Shown here: piece by piece, positions 26,558-38,080 of the stretch
Layout: each line of letters begins with the position of its first letter
Position numbering within the stretch: the stretch's first letter is position 1
From: Gammaproteobacteria bacterium
Lineage (GTDB): Bacteria; Pseudomonadota; Gammaproteobacteria; DRLM01
DNA length: 63,988 nucleotides
Reading direction: 5' to 3'
Assembly: GCA_011375345.1 (NCBI GenBank)
Contig: DRLM01000077.1
Location: forward strand, 1 to 63,988
Notes under the pieces: model-generated
Seen by the model: only the letters and a program-made list of their open reading frames with translations
What the model was told of the DNA's origin: nothing
Database searches by the model: none
Made by a program: the position numbers and the translations under genes

Positions 26558-28705
26558 TCAGGAACGGACGTAGCGGGAACGGGAACCCGCCGCAGCCTGA
26601 CCCGCAGCCAGCGGAACGCCGGGCCAAGACGTGGTTTTGAGCCAGTCCTCGAACTGCGCCACGGGCAGGGGATGGCTGAAATAATAGCCTTGCACCGAAT
26701 CGCAACCCAATTGGCGCAATCGCTCCAGGGTGGCGTCATTCTCCACCCCTTCCGCCACCACCCGGCAACCCAGGTTGTGACCCAAATCCAACGTGGAATG
26801 GACGATAACGGCATCGTTGTCATCGTGAAGCATGTCCAACACAAAAGACCGGTCGATTTTGATCTCGGAGACCGGCAATTCTTTCAGGTACACCAGGGAG
26901 GAGTAGCCGGTGCCGAAATCGTCTATGGACAACTTGACACCCATGGTGTGCAGCTGGGTGAGGATTTTCAGGGCGTGGCGCGGATCCGCCATAAGAGCGG
27001 TTTCGGTAATCTCCAGGGTCAGGGCGGAAGGCGGCACCTGCCACCGTTCCAGCAATGCAGCCACCTTGACCGGCAGACAGACATCATGCAGGTTTTTGGG
27101 CGAAAGATTCACCGCCACGCCCAGACCCATACCCGCCTCCCGCCAGGCGCGGCACTGGCAGAGGGCGGCGTTCAGGACCCATTCCGTCAGGGGCCGGATC
27201 AGGGCGCTTTGTTCGGCCAGGGGAATGAAGTCTTCCGGCCCGAGCAGACCCAGGACCGGATGGCGCCAGCGCAGCAGCACTTCCACCCCCTCGGTGCGCT
27301 GATAACGCAGGTTGACCTTGGGCTGGTAGTAGGGCACAAGCTGATCCTCCTCGATGGCACGCTGCAAGTCGCCCATAATGGTCAGACGTCGCACCGTGTA
27401 CGGATCCAGCTCGGCCGAATAGGCCACACAGCCCAAATGGTGCTGCTTGGCGTGGTACATGGCCACTTCCGCCCGCTGGATCAGCACACGGGCATCACGC
27501 CCCTGGTCCGGGTAATGGGCCAGGCCCAAACTGGCATCGACGACAATGTCGATGCCACTTAAAGGAAAGGGTTGCCTCAGAACCGCCTGCATTTCTTTTG
27601 CCCGCGTGAACGCCGCGCTGTGGTCGAGCCCAGGGATCAATACGGCGAATTCATCCCCCCCCAGGCGGGCCACCATTTCATCCCCGGCCAGCGCGTTGCC
27701 CAGGCGGGCGCCAATACCTTGTAGCAAACGGTCGCCGCAATCGTGGCCCAGGGTGTCGTTGATGTCCTTGAAGCGATCCAGATCCATCACGATCAGCGTG
27801 AACGCTGGTGAATCACCCGCCGCCAGCAGCGACAAGCGGCGATAGAGTTGGGCACGGTTGGGCAGACCGGTGAGGGGATCGTGCATGGCCTGATGGAGCA
27901 TGGCTTGTTGGTGCTTTTCCAATCGCAGGGCCATAGCCCGGGACAGTATCAAGGCCCCCCAGATGGCGATCCAGATCACCAGTCCCGCCGTCACCAGGAG
28001 CCGCATGCCCAGGGTTTCCAGCAATTCCGTGGCGATGGGACGGGCGCGATGGAGAGTGACCAGCGTCAGCCCGCTGCCGGGAACCGGCGCCGTCGCCCAC
28101 AGCAACACATGCGCCTTGCGCCGCACATAACCGAAGCGATGGCGGGCCGCCTCGCTGGCACCGGGCAGGAACAGCGGCTGACCCACATCCGGGAACGCCG
28201 TCAGAGGCGGGCCGGTGAGGGCTTGTCCCGCACTATCCACCACCGCCGTCAGCTCGTTGTCCACAGGAGCGTAGTCTACCCGGCGCAGCTGCACCGCCAG
28301 GGCCGGGGCGTCAGACGCTGCAGACAGGCCGGCCGCCCGGCCGGCGGCAAAATCATGCCACAACGCCGCCTGTTTCAAGCCTCCGGAATCCAGCGCCAGG
28401 TAGTAACTGACACCGCCGAAGACGAGCAACACCAAGGCGGCAACGGCGATAAACGACCACAGCAATTGGGAGCGGAACGGCAAGGTGGCGCTGGCACAAT
28501 GGGTGTCGATGCCGGCGAAGCGGTAAAAGTAGCAGTGGCGCATCACGGCGGCGGTCACATTGGCCAGACCGAACACCCCCACCAGTACCGACGATACCGG
28601 GTCGGCAAACACACCCCCGTGGACAAACCCGATGTAAACCAGGAACGAGCCGGCGACGAAGCGGAAAGACTGATCCAGGCGGCTCATATTGGGCGCGATG
28701 TTCAT
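26558..28705 (-). CDS. Membrane-anchored GGDEF-EAL protein (c-di-GMP cyclase/phosphodiesterase)
   Basis: TM segments and a ~140-aa periplasmic loop, then a GGDEF domain (LGGDEFAVL) and an EAL domain (YYQPKV, EVLLRW, LEITE, DDFGTGYSSL, KIDRSF, EGVE). Start ATG 28705 (MNIAPN...); ATG 28687 is an alternative. Confidence 0.9.
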   Translation of the reverse strand: MNIAPNMSRLDQSFRFVAGSFLVYIGFVHGGVFADPVSSVLVGVFGLANVTAAVMRHCYFYRFAGIDTHCASATLPFRSQLLWSFIAVAALVLLVFGGVSYYLALDSGGLKQAALWHDFAAGRAAGLSAASDAPALAVQLRRVDYAPVDNELTAVVDSAGQALTGPPLTAFPDVGQPLFLPGASEAARHRFGYVRRKAHVLLWATAPVPGSGLTLVTLHRARPIATELLETLGMRLLVTAGLVIWIAIWGALILSRAMALRLEKHQQAMLHQAMHDPLTGLPNRAQLYRRLSLLAAGDSPAFTLIVMDLDRFKDINDTLGHDCGDRLLQGIGARLGNALAGDEMVARLGGDEFAVLIPGLDHSAAFTRAKEMQAVLRQPFPLSGIDIVVDASLGLAHYPDQGRDARVLIQRAEVAMYHAKQHHLGCVAYSAELDPYTVRRLTIMGDLQRAIEEDQLVPYYQPKVNLRYQRTEGVEVLLRWRHPVLGLLGPEDFIPLAEQSALIRPLTEWVLNAALCQCRAWREAGMGLGVAVNLSPKNLHDVCLPVKVAALLERWQVPPSALTLEITETALMADPRHALKILTQLHTMGVKLSIDDFGTGYSSLVYLKELPVSEIKIDRSFVLDMLHDDNDAVIVHSTLDLGHNLGCRVVAEGVENDATLERLRQLGCDSVQGYYFSHPLPVAQFEDWLKTTSWPGVPLAAGQAAAGSRSRYVRS

Positions 28706-28891
28706 GCCTCGCCACCGATTGTGATTGTGGTCAAGGGCGCCCGCTACCGCCTTGCGCCCTGGTTTGCGTAAAAGAGCTATCGGACGGAATATATGGACCT
28801 TTATAGAACAACAACGGCCTTGCCCCCTCGCGGCGAGGGCCATGCCACCGGCCTGTAGGCATGCGTGCTCTTTGCCGGCGGAGTCCGCGGG

Positions 28892-29752
28892 CTAGATCAT
28901 CCCCTGGGCGCGCAAATGCTCCTTGGCCTGCAAAGCCAGCAAGGCCATTTCCAGCTCTTTTTCCCAATCGTAGGGATGGGCGGGGGGCAGGTAATCAGGC
29001 ACCGAAATATCAACGTAAGGAACGTCGGTGTAAACCTTGGTATAGCGGGTCTCTTCGATGCTGGGGGTGAGGTCGCCCCAGATTTCGTGGAACAAGTCCC
29101 TGGGCCGGATGGTGCCCCACTCATGGATCAGGGTGTAGTGCTCGGGCAAGTCGGTAAAGGCCTCGGGCACGCCGGTCTGGGGTTCGCCGGTCTCTTCGTT
29201 GATGTGTTGGGTATGCACGAAGACGATGAGCTTGGGCCGGTGTTTCACGATCTCCGGCGTGTAGTTTTTACCCGAAGGCATCCAGGAGGAGAAAGCCACA
29301 TCGAAAGCAAAGTCGATGGCTGCGATGGCCGTCTCCCGCATCTGGTAACGCTCGCGGTCGTAAAAATCGCGGATTTGATTGGGCTTGGCAGAAGGATCGC
29401 GCACGCCGATCACGTTGACCTCTTCCTGAGCAATCAAACTGCCGATGAAACCGTTGCCCGCGTGCACATCGCAAAACACCGGCGCTTCGGCCACTTGTCT
29501 GGCGTAAGCCACGATACGGCGTATCTCGTCCCGCAGGGGAAAATACGGCGCCACCGTGGGGCCGAATCTGGCAGGATCACGGTCGGGGTTACTGAACACC
29601 AGGTTGTGCAGCGGCAAGCCCTTGATGCGCTCGGCAAAAGACAAACTCTCATCCCAGGCCGGATGCTTGCGTTCCTGGAAATCGATAATGCGGTTGAACA
29701 TGTCTTCCGTAAAGGCTTCCATGTTACGCAGGGGTTCGAAGTGTTCGATCAT
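28892..29752 (-). CDS. Hypothetical protein with class-I methyltransferase-like Rossmann motifs
   Basis: VFCDVHAGNGFIGSLIA / VNVIGVRD / FDVAFSSWMP resemble SAM-methyltransferase motifs I, post-I and II, with HxGNG instead of GxGxG. It lies directly downstream of hemE. Start ATG 29752; GTG 29785 is an alternative. Confidence 0.6.
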   Translation of the reverse strand: MIEHFEPLRNMEAFTEDMFNRIIDFQERKHPAWDESLSFAERIKGLPLHNLVFSNPDRDPARFGPTVAPYFPLRDEIRRIVAYARQVAEAPVFCDVHAGNGFIGSLIAQEEVNVIGVRDPSAKPNQIRDFYDRERYQMRETAIAAIDFAFDVAFSSWMPSGKNYTPEIVKHRPKLIVFVHTQHINEETGEPQTGVPEAFTDLPEHYTLIHEWGTIRPRDLFHEIWGDLTPSIEETRYTKVYTDVPYVDISVPDYLPPAHPYDWEKELEMALLALQAKEHLRAQGMI

Positions 29753-29786
29753 CGTGACTCTGCTGCTCGAAAATGCGGTACGCACC

Positions 29787-30851
29787 TTAAGTGTGATACG
29801 GCTCGCTCAATTCATGCACCGCGTCCACCAACACTTTCACGTGCTCGGGATTGATGTGCTGGTGAATACCGTGCCCCAGGTTGAACACATGCCCGCTGCC
29901 CTTGCCGTAGGCTTGCACAATGGTGGCCACCTCACTGCGAATGCGTTCGGGGGAAGCGTAGAGCACGCAAGGGTCCATATTGCCCTGCAGCGCCACCCGA
30001 TCGCCAACGCGGGCGCGGGCAGCGCCGATGTCCACGGTCCAGTCCAGACCCAGTGCGTCACAAGCGGTGGCGGCCATGGCTTCCAGCCAGGCGCCACCGC
30101 CTTTGGTGAACAAAATCACCGGCACACGGCGGCCGTCGTTTTCGCGGCTCAGGCCGTCCACGATCTGGGCCATGTAACGCAGGGAGAATTCCTGATAATC
30201 CCGCGGGCTGAGCACACCGCCCCAGGTGTCGAAAATCATCGCGGCCTGGGCGCCGGCGGCAATCTGGGCGTTGAGATAAGCCGTTACCGATTGGGCGGTT
30301 TTGTCCAGCAAGGCGTGCAGCAGCCCGGGCCGGTCGAACAGCATGCCTTTGACGTGGGCGTATTCCTTGCTGCCGCTGCCTTCCACCATGTAAGTGGCCA
30401 GGGTCCAGGGGCTGCCGGAAAAACCGATCAAGGGCACCCGGCCGCGCAGTTCGCGGCGGATCAGCCGCACGGCGTCCATCACGTAGCGCAGCTCACTTTC
30501 GGGATCGGGCACGGGGAGTTTTTCCACGTCCGCGGCGCTGCGCACGGGGCGCTTGAATTGCGGGCCTTCACCGGCGACGAACTCCAGCCCCAAGCCCATG
30601 GCATCGGGCACGGTGAGGATATCGGAAAACAAAATCGCCGCATCCAGCTCGAAGCGCTCCAGGGGCTGTAAGGTGACTTCGCAGGCCAGCTCGGGGTTGG
30701 TGCACAGGTTCATGAAAGACCCGGCTTTTTCCCGCGTGGCGCGGTATTCGGGCAAATAGCGGCCCGCCTGGCGCATGATCCAAACAGGCGTGCGGTCCAC
30801 GGGCTGGCGCAGCAGGGCGCGCAGGAAACGGTCGTTTTTCAGAACGTTCAT
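29787..30851 (-). CDS. hemE: Uroporphyrinogen decarboxylase
   Basis: [50 protein letters not shown] is almost identical in pattern to E. coli HemE. Start taken at ATG 30851 rather than TTG 30860. Confidence 0.95.
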   Translation of the reverse strand: MNVLKNDRFLRALLRQPVDRTPVWIMRQAGRYLPEYRATREKAGSFMNLCTNPELACEVTLQPLERFELDAAILFSDILTVPDAMGLGLEFVAGEGPQFKRPVRSAADVEKLPVPDPESELRYVMDAVRLIRRELRGRVPLIGFSGSPWTLATYMVEGSGSKEYAHVKGMLFDRPGLLHALLDKTAQSVTAYLNAQIAAGAQAAMIFDTWGGVLSPRDYQEFSLRYMAQIVDGLSRENDGRRVPVILFTKGGGAWLEAMAATACDALGLDWTVDIGAARARVGDRVALQGNMDPCVLYASPERIRSEVATIVQAYGKGSGHVFNLGHGIHQHINPEHVKVLVDAVHELSEPYHT

Positions 30852-30915
30852 GGAGTCCAATTCTTATATGAAACTACCATAACAGCGGAAAATGAGTTAC
30901 GGCGGGAACCGGTGA

Positions 30916-31470
30916 CTAGCTCGTTGCTTCTGAATAGGCCTTTGCATCCAGAATAACGCCAAGCTTTTTATACAGCTTTGCCACTACATTTGCGCTGGCC
31001 ATAAAAAAGAAAGAGATTATGAAAACAATCGGCACCATCAACATCAACAACAAGGATCTTCTAACGATATGCCACATGGAAACCATGTGTAGCTGAGCAA
31101 CCATCTCTTCCACTTTCTTGCGAGCGCGCCGATCCAGTATCTCTTTGATGAGGTGTTCGACCCGCAAGGCGCTCCGGCTGATTTCGCCACGTTTCTGACG
31201 CGCCAGCATCATATACGCAACAACATGGATCCAATTCAGTTCATGTGCGAATCGGATATAGGTATTAAACATCTTTCTCAAGATAACATAGGCTTCACTA
31301 TCGTACGAAATCTCTCCATCGGAAGCTAAATCAAAAAGTGCATCGCGCAACTCAAAAAGCTGTTGGCGCGTTGAATCGATGACATATTGTTGCCACACCC
31401 AATAAAAAAATAAAAACCCCAGACCAAGCGTAAACAAAGCGAAAAAAGCGCTGATTTCAAGATCGCTCAT
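30916..31470 (-). CDS. Hypothetical membrane protein, AT-rich cassette ORF-C (184 aa; N- and C-terminal TM helices)
   Basis: ORF in an AT-rich island. GGAGG lies 7 nt upstream of ATG 31470. TM-like AFFALFTLGLGFLFFYWVW and LLLMLMVPIVFIISFFFMA flank a ~110-aa helical, charged region. No family recognised. Confidence 0.6.
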   Translation of the reverse strand: MSDLEISAFFALFTLGLGFLFFYWVWQQYVIDSTRQQLFELRDALFDLASDGEISYDSEAYVILRKMFNTYIRFAHELNWIHVVAYMMLARQKRGEISRSALRVEHLIKEILDRRARKKVEEMVAQLHMVSMWHIVRRSLLLMLMVPIVFIISFFFMASANVVAKLYKKLGVILDAKAYSEATS

Positions 31471-31640
31471 GCTTTGTCCTCCGGGCGGGTTTCACCTCGT
31501 GGAGTAAGACCACTTGACTCTCTGTTCGGGTCAAGCCGCTCTTCCAACTTTATAATCCGATCTTGCAAGTATTTCGTTTTACGACGGCGCAGCTCCCGCT
31601 CAAAAAGGCCGTACAACATAGACACCACTGCCAGGCCCAT
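31467..31640 (-). CDS. Hypothetical small membrane protein, AT-rich cassette ORF-B (57 aa, not in the ORF track)
   Basis: My own translation: MGLAVVSMLYGLFERELRRRKTKYLQDRIIKLEERLDPNRESSGLTPRGETRPEDKA. GAGG lies 7 nt upstream of ATG 31640. The stop overlaps the ORF-C start (ATGA). One TM helix plus a charged coiled tail. Confidence 0.45.
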   Translation of the reverse strand: MGLAVVSMLYGLFERELRRRKTKYLQDRIIKLEERLDPNRESSGLTPRGETRPEDKA

Positions 31641-31894
31641 TTACATGCCTCGTCGAAGCCCGACCAGAATCGGACAAAAAGGTCACCTTCCGCATCAATA
31701 TTGAGGTTCAAATCAGCGCTGGTGGCTCTCCCAGCGAAGGCATGAACGATATGCGCCAGGCCAAGAACGAAACTTATTGCAACCGCGGCTTTGATTCCGA
31801 ACATCAGAATACTGGCACCACGACCAACCAGCATCACCCAAAGATGAAAACGCTGCTCTCCGGAAAGTTGGTTGTCTTTTTTATTATCGGACAT
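31550..31894 (-). CDS. Hypothetical membrane protein, AT-rich cassette ORF-A (114 aa as drawn; 3' end uncertain)
   Basis: Starts 12 nt after the gltD stop. Has two TM-like segments (FHLWVMLVGRGASILMFGI, AAVAISFVLGLAHIVHAF). The last ~30 codons (CKWAWQWCLCCTAFLSGSC...) look like out-of-frame sequence and overlap ORF-B. Confidence 0.5.
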   Translation of the reverse strand: MSDNKKDNQLSGEQRFHLWVMLVGRGASILMFGIKAAVAISFVLGLAHIVHAFAGRATSADLNLNIDAEGDLFVRFWSGFDEACKWAWQWCLCCTAFLSGSCAVVKRNTCKIGL

Positions 31895-31906
31895 ACAAAG
31901 CCAACT

Positions 31907-33382
<1,476 letters not shown>

Positions 33383-33462
33383 TCACCACTTAAGAACACG
33401 GAAAGGTCAGTCATGGCCCCGTTTCAACACGCCGTGCACACCGGCATCCTCCGCGGCACAAA

Positions 33463-36400
33463 TCAAGCGGCCTGGCGCAGCGTGTCGAGCAGGGTTTCAA
33501 TCTCCGCTGCCTTGGGTTTCACCAGCCAGAAGTGGGACAGATAGTTGCCGAAGTCGTCAAGAATCTTCCGCCCCCAGGCGCTGCCGGTCTCCGCGGCGAA
33601 CTCTTCGATCATTTGCCGCAGATAAGCCCGGTGGGCGGACATGGGCTCGGTGGTGAGGCGGTGAATGTCCACCAGCTCGTGGTTGTAGCGGTCCACGAAG
33701 CCTTTGTCCAAATCCAGCACGAAACTGAAACCGCCGGTCATGCCGGCACCAAAATTGATGCCGGTCTCGCCCAGCACGGTGACCACGCCGCCGGTCATGT
33801 ATTCACAGCCGTGGTCACCGCAGCCCTCCACCACCGCCTGGGCCCCGGAGTTGCGCACGGCGAAGCGCTCGCCCGCCAGGCCCGCGGCGAACAGCTTGCC
33901 CCCGGTGGCGCCATAAAGGCAGGTGTTGCCGATGATGGTGGTGCTGCGCGACTCAAAGCTGCTGTTCGCGGGCGGGTGAACCACCAGCTTGCCGCCGGCC
34001 ATGCCCTTGCCCACGTAGTCGTTGGCGTCGCCTTCCAGATACATGTGCAGACCGCCGGCGTTCCACACGCCGAAGCTCTGCCCCGCGGTACCCGTGAGAC
34101 GCAACTCGATGGGCGAGCCCGCCATGCCCTGGTTGCCGTGGCGCTTGGCGATTTCACCGGACAGGCGCGCGCCGATGGCGCGGTGCACATTGCGCACAGC
34201 GTAGCGGTAGGTGCCGCCGCTTTTGGCTTCGATGGCAGGCAGGGCCGCACGCACCATCTCCTCCGCCAACTCGCCCTTGTCCCAGGGCGCATTGCGGGGC
34301 GCCATGCAGTGGCGCGGCTTGTCCGCAGGTACCGCGGCATCGGACAGGATGGGGCTGAGATCAAGCCGCTGCTGCTTGGGCGTCTGGCCCTCGCGCAACG
34401 CCAGATAGTCTGTGCGGCCGATGATCTCAGCCAGGGAACGCACGCCCAGGGCCGCCAGATGCTCGCGAATCTCCTGGGCGATGAAACGGAAATAGTTCAT
34501 CACCATCTCCGGCAGGCCGATGAAATGCTGCCGGCGCAACACCTCGTCCTGGGTGGCCACCCCGGTGGCGCAATTGTTGAGATGGCAGATGCGCAAATAC
34601 TTGCAGCCCAGCGCAATCATGGGGCCGGTGCCAAAACCGAAACTCTCCGCCCCCAGACAGGCGGCCTTGATGACATCCAGCCCAGTTTTCAGGCCACCAT
34701 CGGTCTGCAACCGCACTTTGCCGCGCAGATTGTTGGCGCGCAGCGCCTGCTGGGTTTCGGACAGGCCCAGCTCCCAGGGACAGCCGGCGTATTTCACCGA
34801 GGTGAGCGGGCTGGCGCCGGTGCCGCCGTCGTGACCGGCGATGGTGATGAGGTCGGCGTAGGCCTTGGCCACGCCGGCGGCGATGGTGCCCACTCCCGGC
34901 TCGGAGACCAGTTTCACCGACACCAGGGCCCCGGGATTGACCTGCTTCAAATCGAAAATGAGCTGGGCCAGATCCTCGATGGAGTAGATGTCATGGTGGG
35001 GTGGCGGCGAGATCAGCGCCACTCCAGGGCGGGCGAAACGCAAACGGGCAATGAGGCCGTTGACCTTGTGGCCGGGCAGCTGCCCCCCCTCGCCGGGCTT
35101 GGCGCCCTGGGCCACTTTGATTTGCAGCACTTCGGCGTTGACCAGATAGTGCGGCGTCACCCCGAAGCGGCCCGAGGCCACCTGCTTGATTTTGGAGACT
35201 TTTTCCGTACCAAAGCGGCGCGCATCTTCACCGCCTTCGCCAGAGTTGGAACGGCCACCGAGGCGGTTCATGGCAATGGCCAGGGCTTCGTGGGCCTCGG
35301 GCGAGAGGGCACCCAGGGACATGGCGGCACTGTCGAAGCGCCTGACGATGGCCTCCACCGGCTCCACTTCATCCAGCGGAACAGGCCGGGCGGCACCGCG
35401 CAGCTTGAACAGATCGCGAAGGGCACTCACCGGACGCTGGTTCACATGAGTGGCGTAGTCCTGGTAGATCCTGTAATCACCCGTTTGCACCGCCCGGCGC
35501 AGGGTATTCACCACCTCGGGGTTGTAGCTGTGGTACTCGCCGCCATGGACGAATTTGAGCAAGCCGCCCTGCTGGATGGGTTTGTGCTTGAGCCAGGCCA
35601 CCCGCGCCAGTTCTTTTTGATCGTTTTCCAAATCCTCGAAGCGGGCACCCTGAATGCGGGAGACGGTGCCGGTAAAGCACAGCTTGACCACCTCCTCGTG
35701 CAGGCCCACCGCCTCAAACAGCTGTGCGCCGCGGTAACTGGCGATGGTGGAAATGCCCATTTTGGACATGATTTTGTATAGGCCCTTGTTAATGCCCTTA
35801 CGGTAGGCGCGGCTTAAATCGGCCAGTTCCTTGCCGCGGATTTCCCCGGTGCGCACCATGTCGTACAAACACTGATAGGCCAGATAAGGCATCACCGCCG
35901 TGGCGCCGTAGCCGATCAGGCAGGCGAAATGATGCGGGTCGCGGGCCGTGGCGGTGTCCACCACGATGTTGGCATCGCAGCGCAGGCCCTGGTTCACCAG
36001 ATGATGGTGCACGGCGCCGGTGGCCAGCAGGGCGTGGATGGGCAGTGTGTCCGCGCCCGCCCCACGGTCAGACAAGACCAGAATCACGCAGCCGCCGCGC
36101 ACCGCCGCTGCCGCCTTTGCGCAGACCTGTCGCACGGCCGCTTCAAGTCCCAGGTGCGGCGCATAGTGCAGCTCTATGCGGCAGTGGGCATAACCCTGCC
36201 CGTCCATTTGCAGCAGCCGGGCGAACTTGGGCCCAGACAAAACCGGTGAGTCGATCACCAGCCGCGCGGCATGCTCCGGCGTTTCCCCGAACAGATTGCG
36301 CTCCCGCCCCAGGCAGGTTTCCAAAGACATGACGATCTGCTCGCGCAGCGGGTCGATGGGGGGGTTGGTGACCTGGGCAAACTGCTGGCGGAAATAGTCG

Positions 36401-37932
36401 TAAAGCGAGCGCACCCGCCGGGACAGCACTGGCAGGGGGGTGTCGTCGCCCATGGAGCCCACCGCTTCCTGGCCGGCCTCGGCCAACACCCGCAGGACCT
36501 GATCGCGCTCTTCAAAGGTGACCTGGAACAGCTTCTGGTAGACGGCCATGGTGTCGTCATCCCAGGTCTCGGGAGGCGCCTCGTCCAGCGCCGCCTCCAG
36601 CTTGCGGCAATGGTCGTTCAGCCACTGGCGGTAAGGCCGCCGGGATTTCAGCAGGTTATCGATGTCTTCCGGCAACAGCAGCTCACCGGTTTCGGTATCG
36701 GCGGCGATCATCTGACCAGGCTTGAGACGGCCCTTGGCCACCACGTCCTCCGGTGCGTAAGCGTACACGCCGATTTCCGAGGCCAGGGTGATGTGGCGGT
36801 CTTTGGTGACCACCCAGCGGGCAGGGCGCAAGCCGTTGCGGTCCAAAGAGCAGGCGGCGTAGCGGCCGTCGGTGAGCACAATGCCGGCAGGCCCGTCCCA
36901 GGGCTCCATATGCATGGAGTTGTATTCGTAAAACGCTTTGAGTTCGGGGTCGAGGGTCTGCACGTTCTGCCAGGCCGGCGGAATGAGCAGACGCATGGCG
37001 CGGAACACACTCATGCCCCCCGCCAGCAGCGCCTCCAGCATATTGTCCAGGCTGCATGAATCGGACCCGCTCATGGACACCAGCGGGCGGATGTCCGCAA
37101 TATTGACACCGGGAATATCAAATTTGTTGCCCCGCGCCACCGACCAGTTACGGTTGCCGCGGATGGTGTTGATCTCGCCGTTGTGGGCGAGATAGCGGAA
37201 CGGCTGGGCCAGACGCCACTCCGGCCAGGTGTTGGTGGAAAAGCGCTGGTGGAACACCGCAATGCTGGACGCCAGGCGGGAGTCGTTCAAGTCCCGGTAA
37301 AACACCGGCAGGTTGGCCGGCATCACCAGGCCCTTATAGGACATCACCCGCGACGACAAGGAGGGGATATAGAAAGTGGGATCCTGGGGCCGGATGGCTT
37401 TTTCGGTGCGGCGGCGGGCCACATAAAGCCGGCGCTCACCCTCGGCATCGTCCATGGCCTCCGGTACTCCCACGAACAGCTGTTCAATCCGCGGCTGGGA
37501 GTTGAGCGCTTCCTCGCCCAAGGCACCGGGATCCACAGGCACTGTGCGCCAGCCCAGCACCTGGAAGCCCTCCGTGCCCAGCTCATCCACCAAACGGGCC
37601 CGCGCCAGCTCGGCTTTGGACCCGTCCCGGTTGAAAAACACCATGGCGACGGCGTAGCGCGGCGGCAGGACCAGACCCGCCTCGGCCGCCACGGCGCGCA
37701 TGAAGGCGTCCGGCATGCGCAGCAACAAACCGCAACCGTCACCGGATTTGCCGTCCGCCGCCACCGCCCCACGGTGGGTCAGGCAGGCCAGGGAATTAAT
37801 GGCGGTCTGCACCAGCCAGTGGCTGGCCTCGCCGTCCATATGAGCGATGAGGCCGAAACCGCAGTTGTCCTTTTCGAAACCGGGCCGGTAGAGGCCGGTG
37901 TTGCCAATGGGCTTGTTGTCGGTGTCGTTCAT
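33463..37932 (-). CDS. gltB: Glutamate synthase (NADPH) large subunit
   Basis: 1489 aa. Ntn amidotransferase start ...[15 protein letters not shown], central and FMN domains ([25 protein letters not shown]), and a C-terminal GXGXG beta-helix domain. Confidence 0.98.
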   Translation of the reverse strand: MNDTDNKPIGNTGLYRPGFEKDNCGFGLIAHMDGEASHWLVQTAINSLACLTHRGAVAADGKSGDGCGLLLRMPDAFMRAVAAEAGLVLPPRYAVAMVFFNRDGSKAELARARLVDELGTEGFQVLGWRTVPVDPGALGEEALNSQPRIEQLFVGVPEAMDDAEGERRLYVARRRTEKAIRPQDPTFYIPSLSSRVMSYKGLVMPANLPVFYRDLNDSRLASSIAVFHQRFSTNTWPEWRLAQPFRYLAHNGEINTIRGNRNWSVARGNKFDIPGVNIADIRPLVSMSGSDSCSLDNMLEALLAGGMSVFRAMRLLIPPAWQNVQTLDPELKAFYEYNSMHMEPWDGPAGIVLTDGRYAACSLDRNGLRPARWVVTKDRHITLASEIGVYAYAPEDVVAKGRLKPGQMIAADTETGELLLPEDIDNLLKSRRPYRQWLNDHCRKLEAALDEAPPETWDDDTMAVYQKLFQVTFEERDQVLRVLAEAGQEAVGSMGDDTPLPVLSRRVRSLYDYFRQQFAQVTNPPIDPLREQIVMSLETCLGRERNLFGETPEHAARLVIDSPVLSGPKFARLLQMDGQGYAHCRIELHYAPHLGLEAAVRQVCAKAAAAVRGGCVILVLSDRGAGADTLPIHALLATGAVHHHLVNQGLRCDANIVVDTATARDPHHFACLIGYGATAVMPYLAYQCLYDMVRTGEIRGKELADLSRAYRKGINKGLYKIMSKMGISTIASYRGAQLFEAVGLHEEVVKLCFTGTVSRIQGARFEDLENDQKELARVAWLKHKPIQQGGLLKFVHGGEYHSYNPEVVNTLRRAVQTGDYRIYQDYATHVNQRPVSALRDLFKLRGAARPVPLDEVEPVEAIVRRFDSAAMSLGALSPEAHEALAIAMNRLGGRSNSGEGGEDARRFGTEKVSKIKQVASGRFGVTPHYLVNAEVLQIKVAQGAKPGEGGQLPGHKVNGLIARLRFARPGVALISPPPHHDIYSIEDLAQLIFDLKQVNPGALVSVKLVSEPGVGTIAAGVAKAYADLITIAGHDGGTGASPLTSVKYAGCPWELGLSETQQALRANNLRGKVRLQTDGGLKTGLDVIKAACLGAESFGFGTGPMIALGCKYLRICHLNNCATGVATQDEVLRRQHFIGLPEMVMNYFRFIAQEIREHLAALGVRSLAEIIGRTDYLALREGQTPKQQRLDLSPILSDAAVPADKPRHCMAPRNAPWDKGELAEEMVRAALPAIEAKSGGTYRYAVRNVHRAIGARLSGEIAKRHGNQGMAGSPIELRLTGTAGQSFGVWNAGGLHMYLEGDANDYVGKGMAGGKLVVHPPANSSFESRSTTIIGNTCLYGATGGKLFAAGLAGERFAVRNSGAQAVVEGCGDHGCEYMTGGVVTVLGETGINFGAGMTGGFSFVLDLDKGFVDRYNHELVDIHRLTTEPMSAHRAYLRQMIEEFAAETGSAWGRKILDDFGNYLSHFWLVKPKAAEIETLLDTLRQAA

Positions 37933-37969
37933 AGTCGTTATTTCCCGGCGCGGTCACCAAACGGGCACG

Positions 37970-37994
37970 AAAAAGCGACCCCTGGCAAGGGGCG
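37970..37994 (-). terminator. Weak candidate terminator between the AAA/SPOR gene and gltB
   Basis: Minus strand CGCCCCT-TGCC-AGGGG(T)CG followed by CTTTTTC. The stem is short and bulged, so this is tentative. Confidence 0.3.
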
Positions 37995-38080
37995 AAATGG
38001 GACAGGAGTATACACGGTATCCCGATCGAGGCACCAGACAGAAGCCCCGGGTTGATAATTATTATTTTTAAATCAATAAA

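Noticed and set aside
26470-27562. The upstream extension of ORF 26122..26844, and the 339-aa plus-strand ORF 26543..27562.
   Set aside because: Both overlap the EAL-domain coding region out of frame or antisense. The PilZ homology begins only at ATG 26469, which also has a Shine-Dalgarno sequence.
31630-31645. Programmed -1 ribosomal frameshift joining ORF-A to ORF-B.
   Set aside because: The junction (GCA TGT AAA TGG) has no canonical X XXY YYZ slippery heptamer. ORF-B also has its own GAGG-N7-ATG initiation signal. An independent start or a mutational frameshift is more parsimonious.
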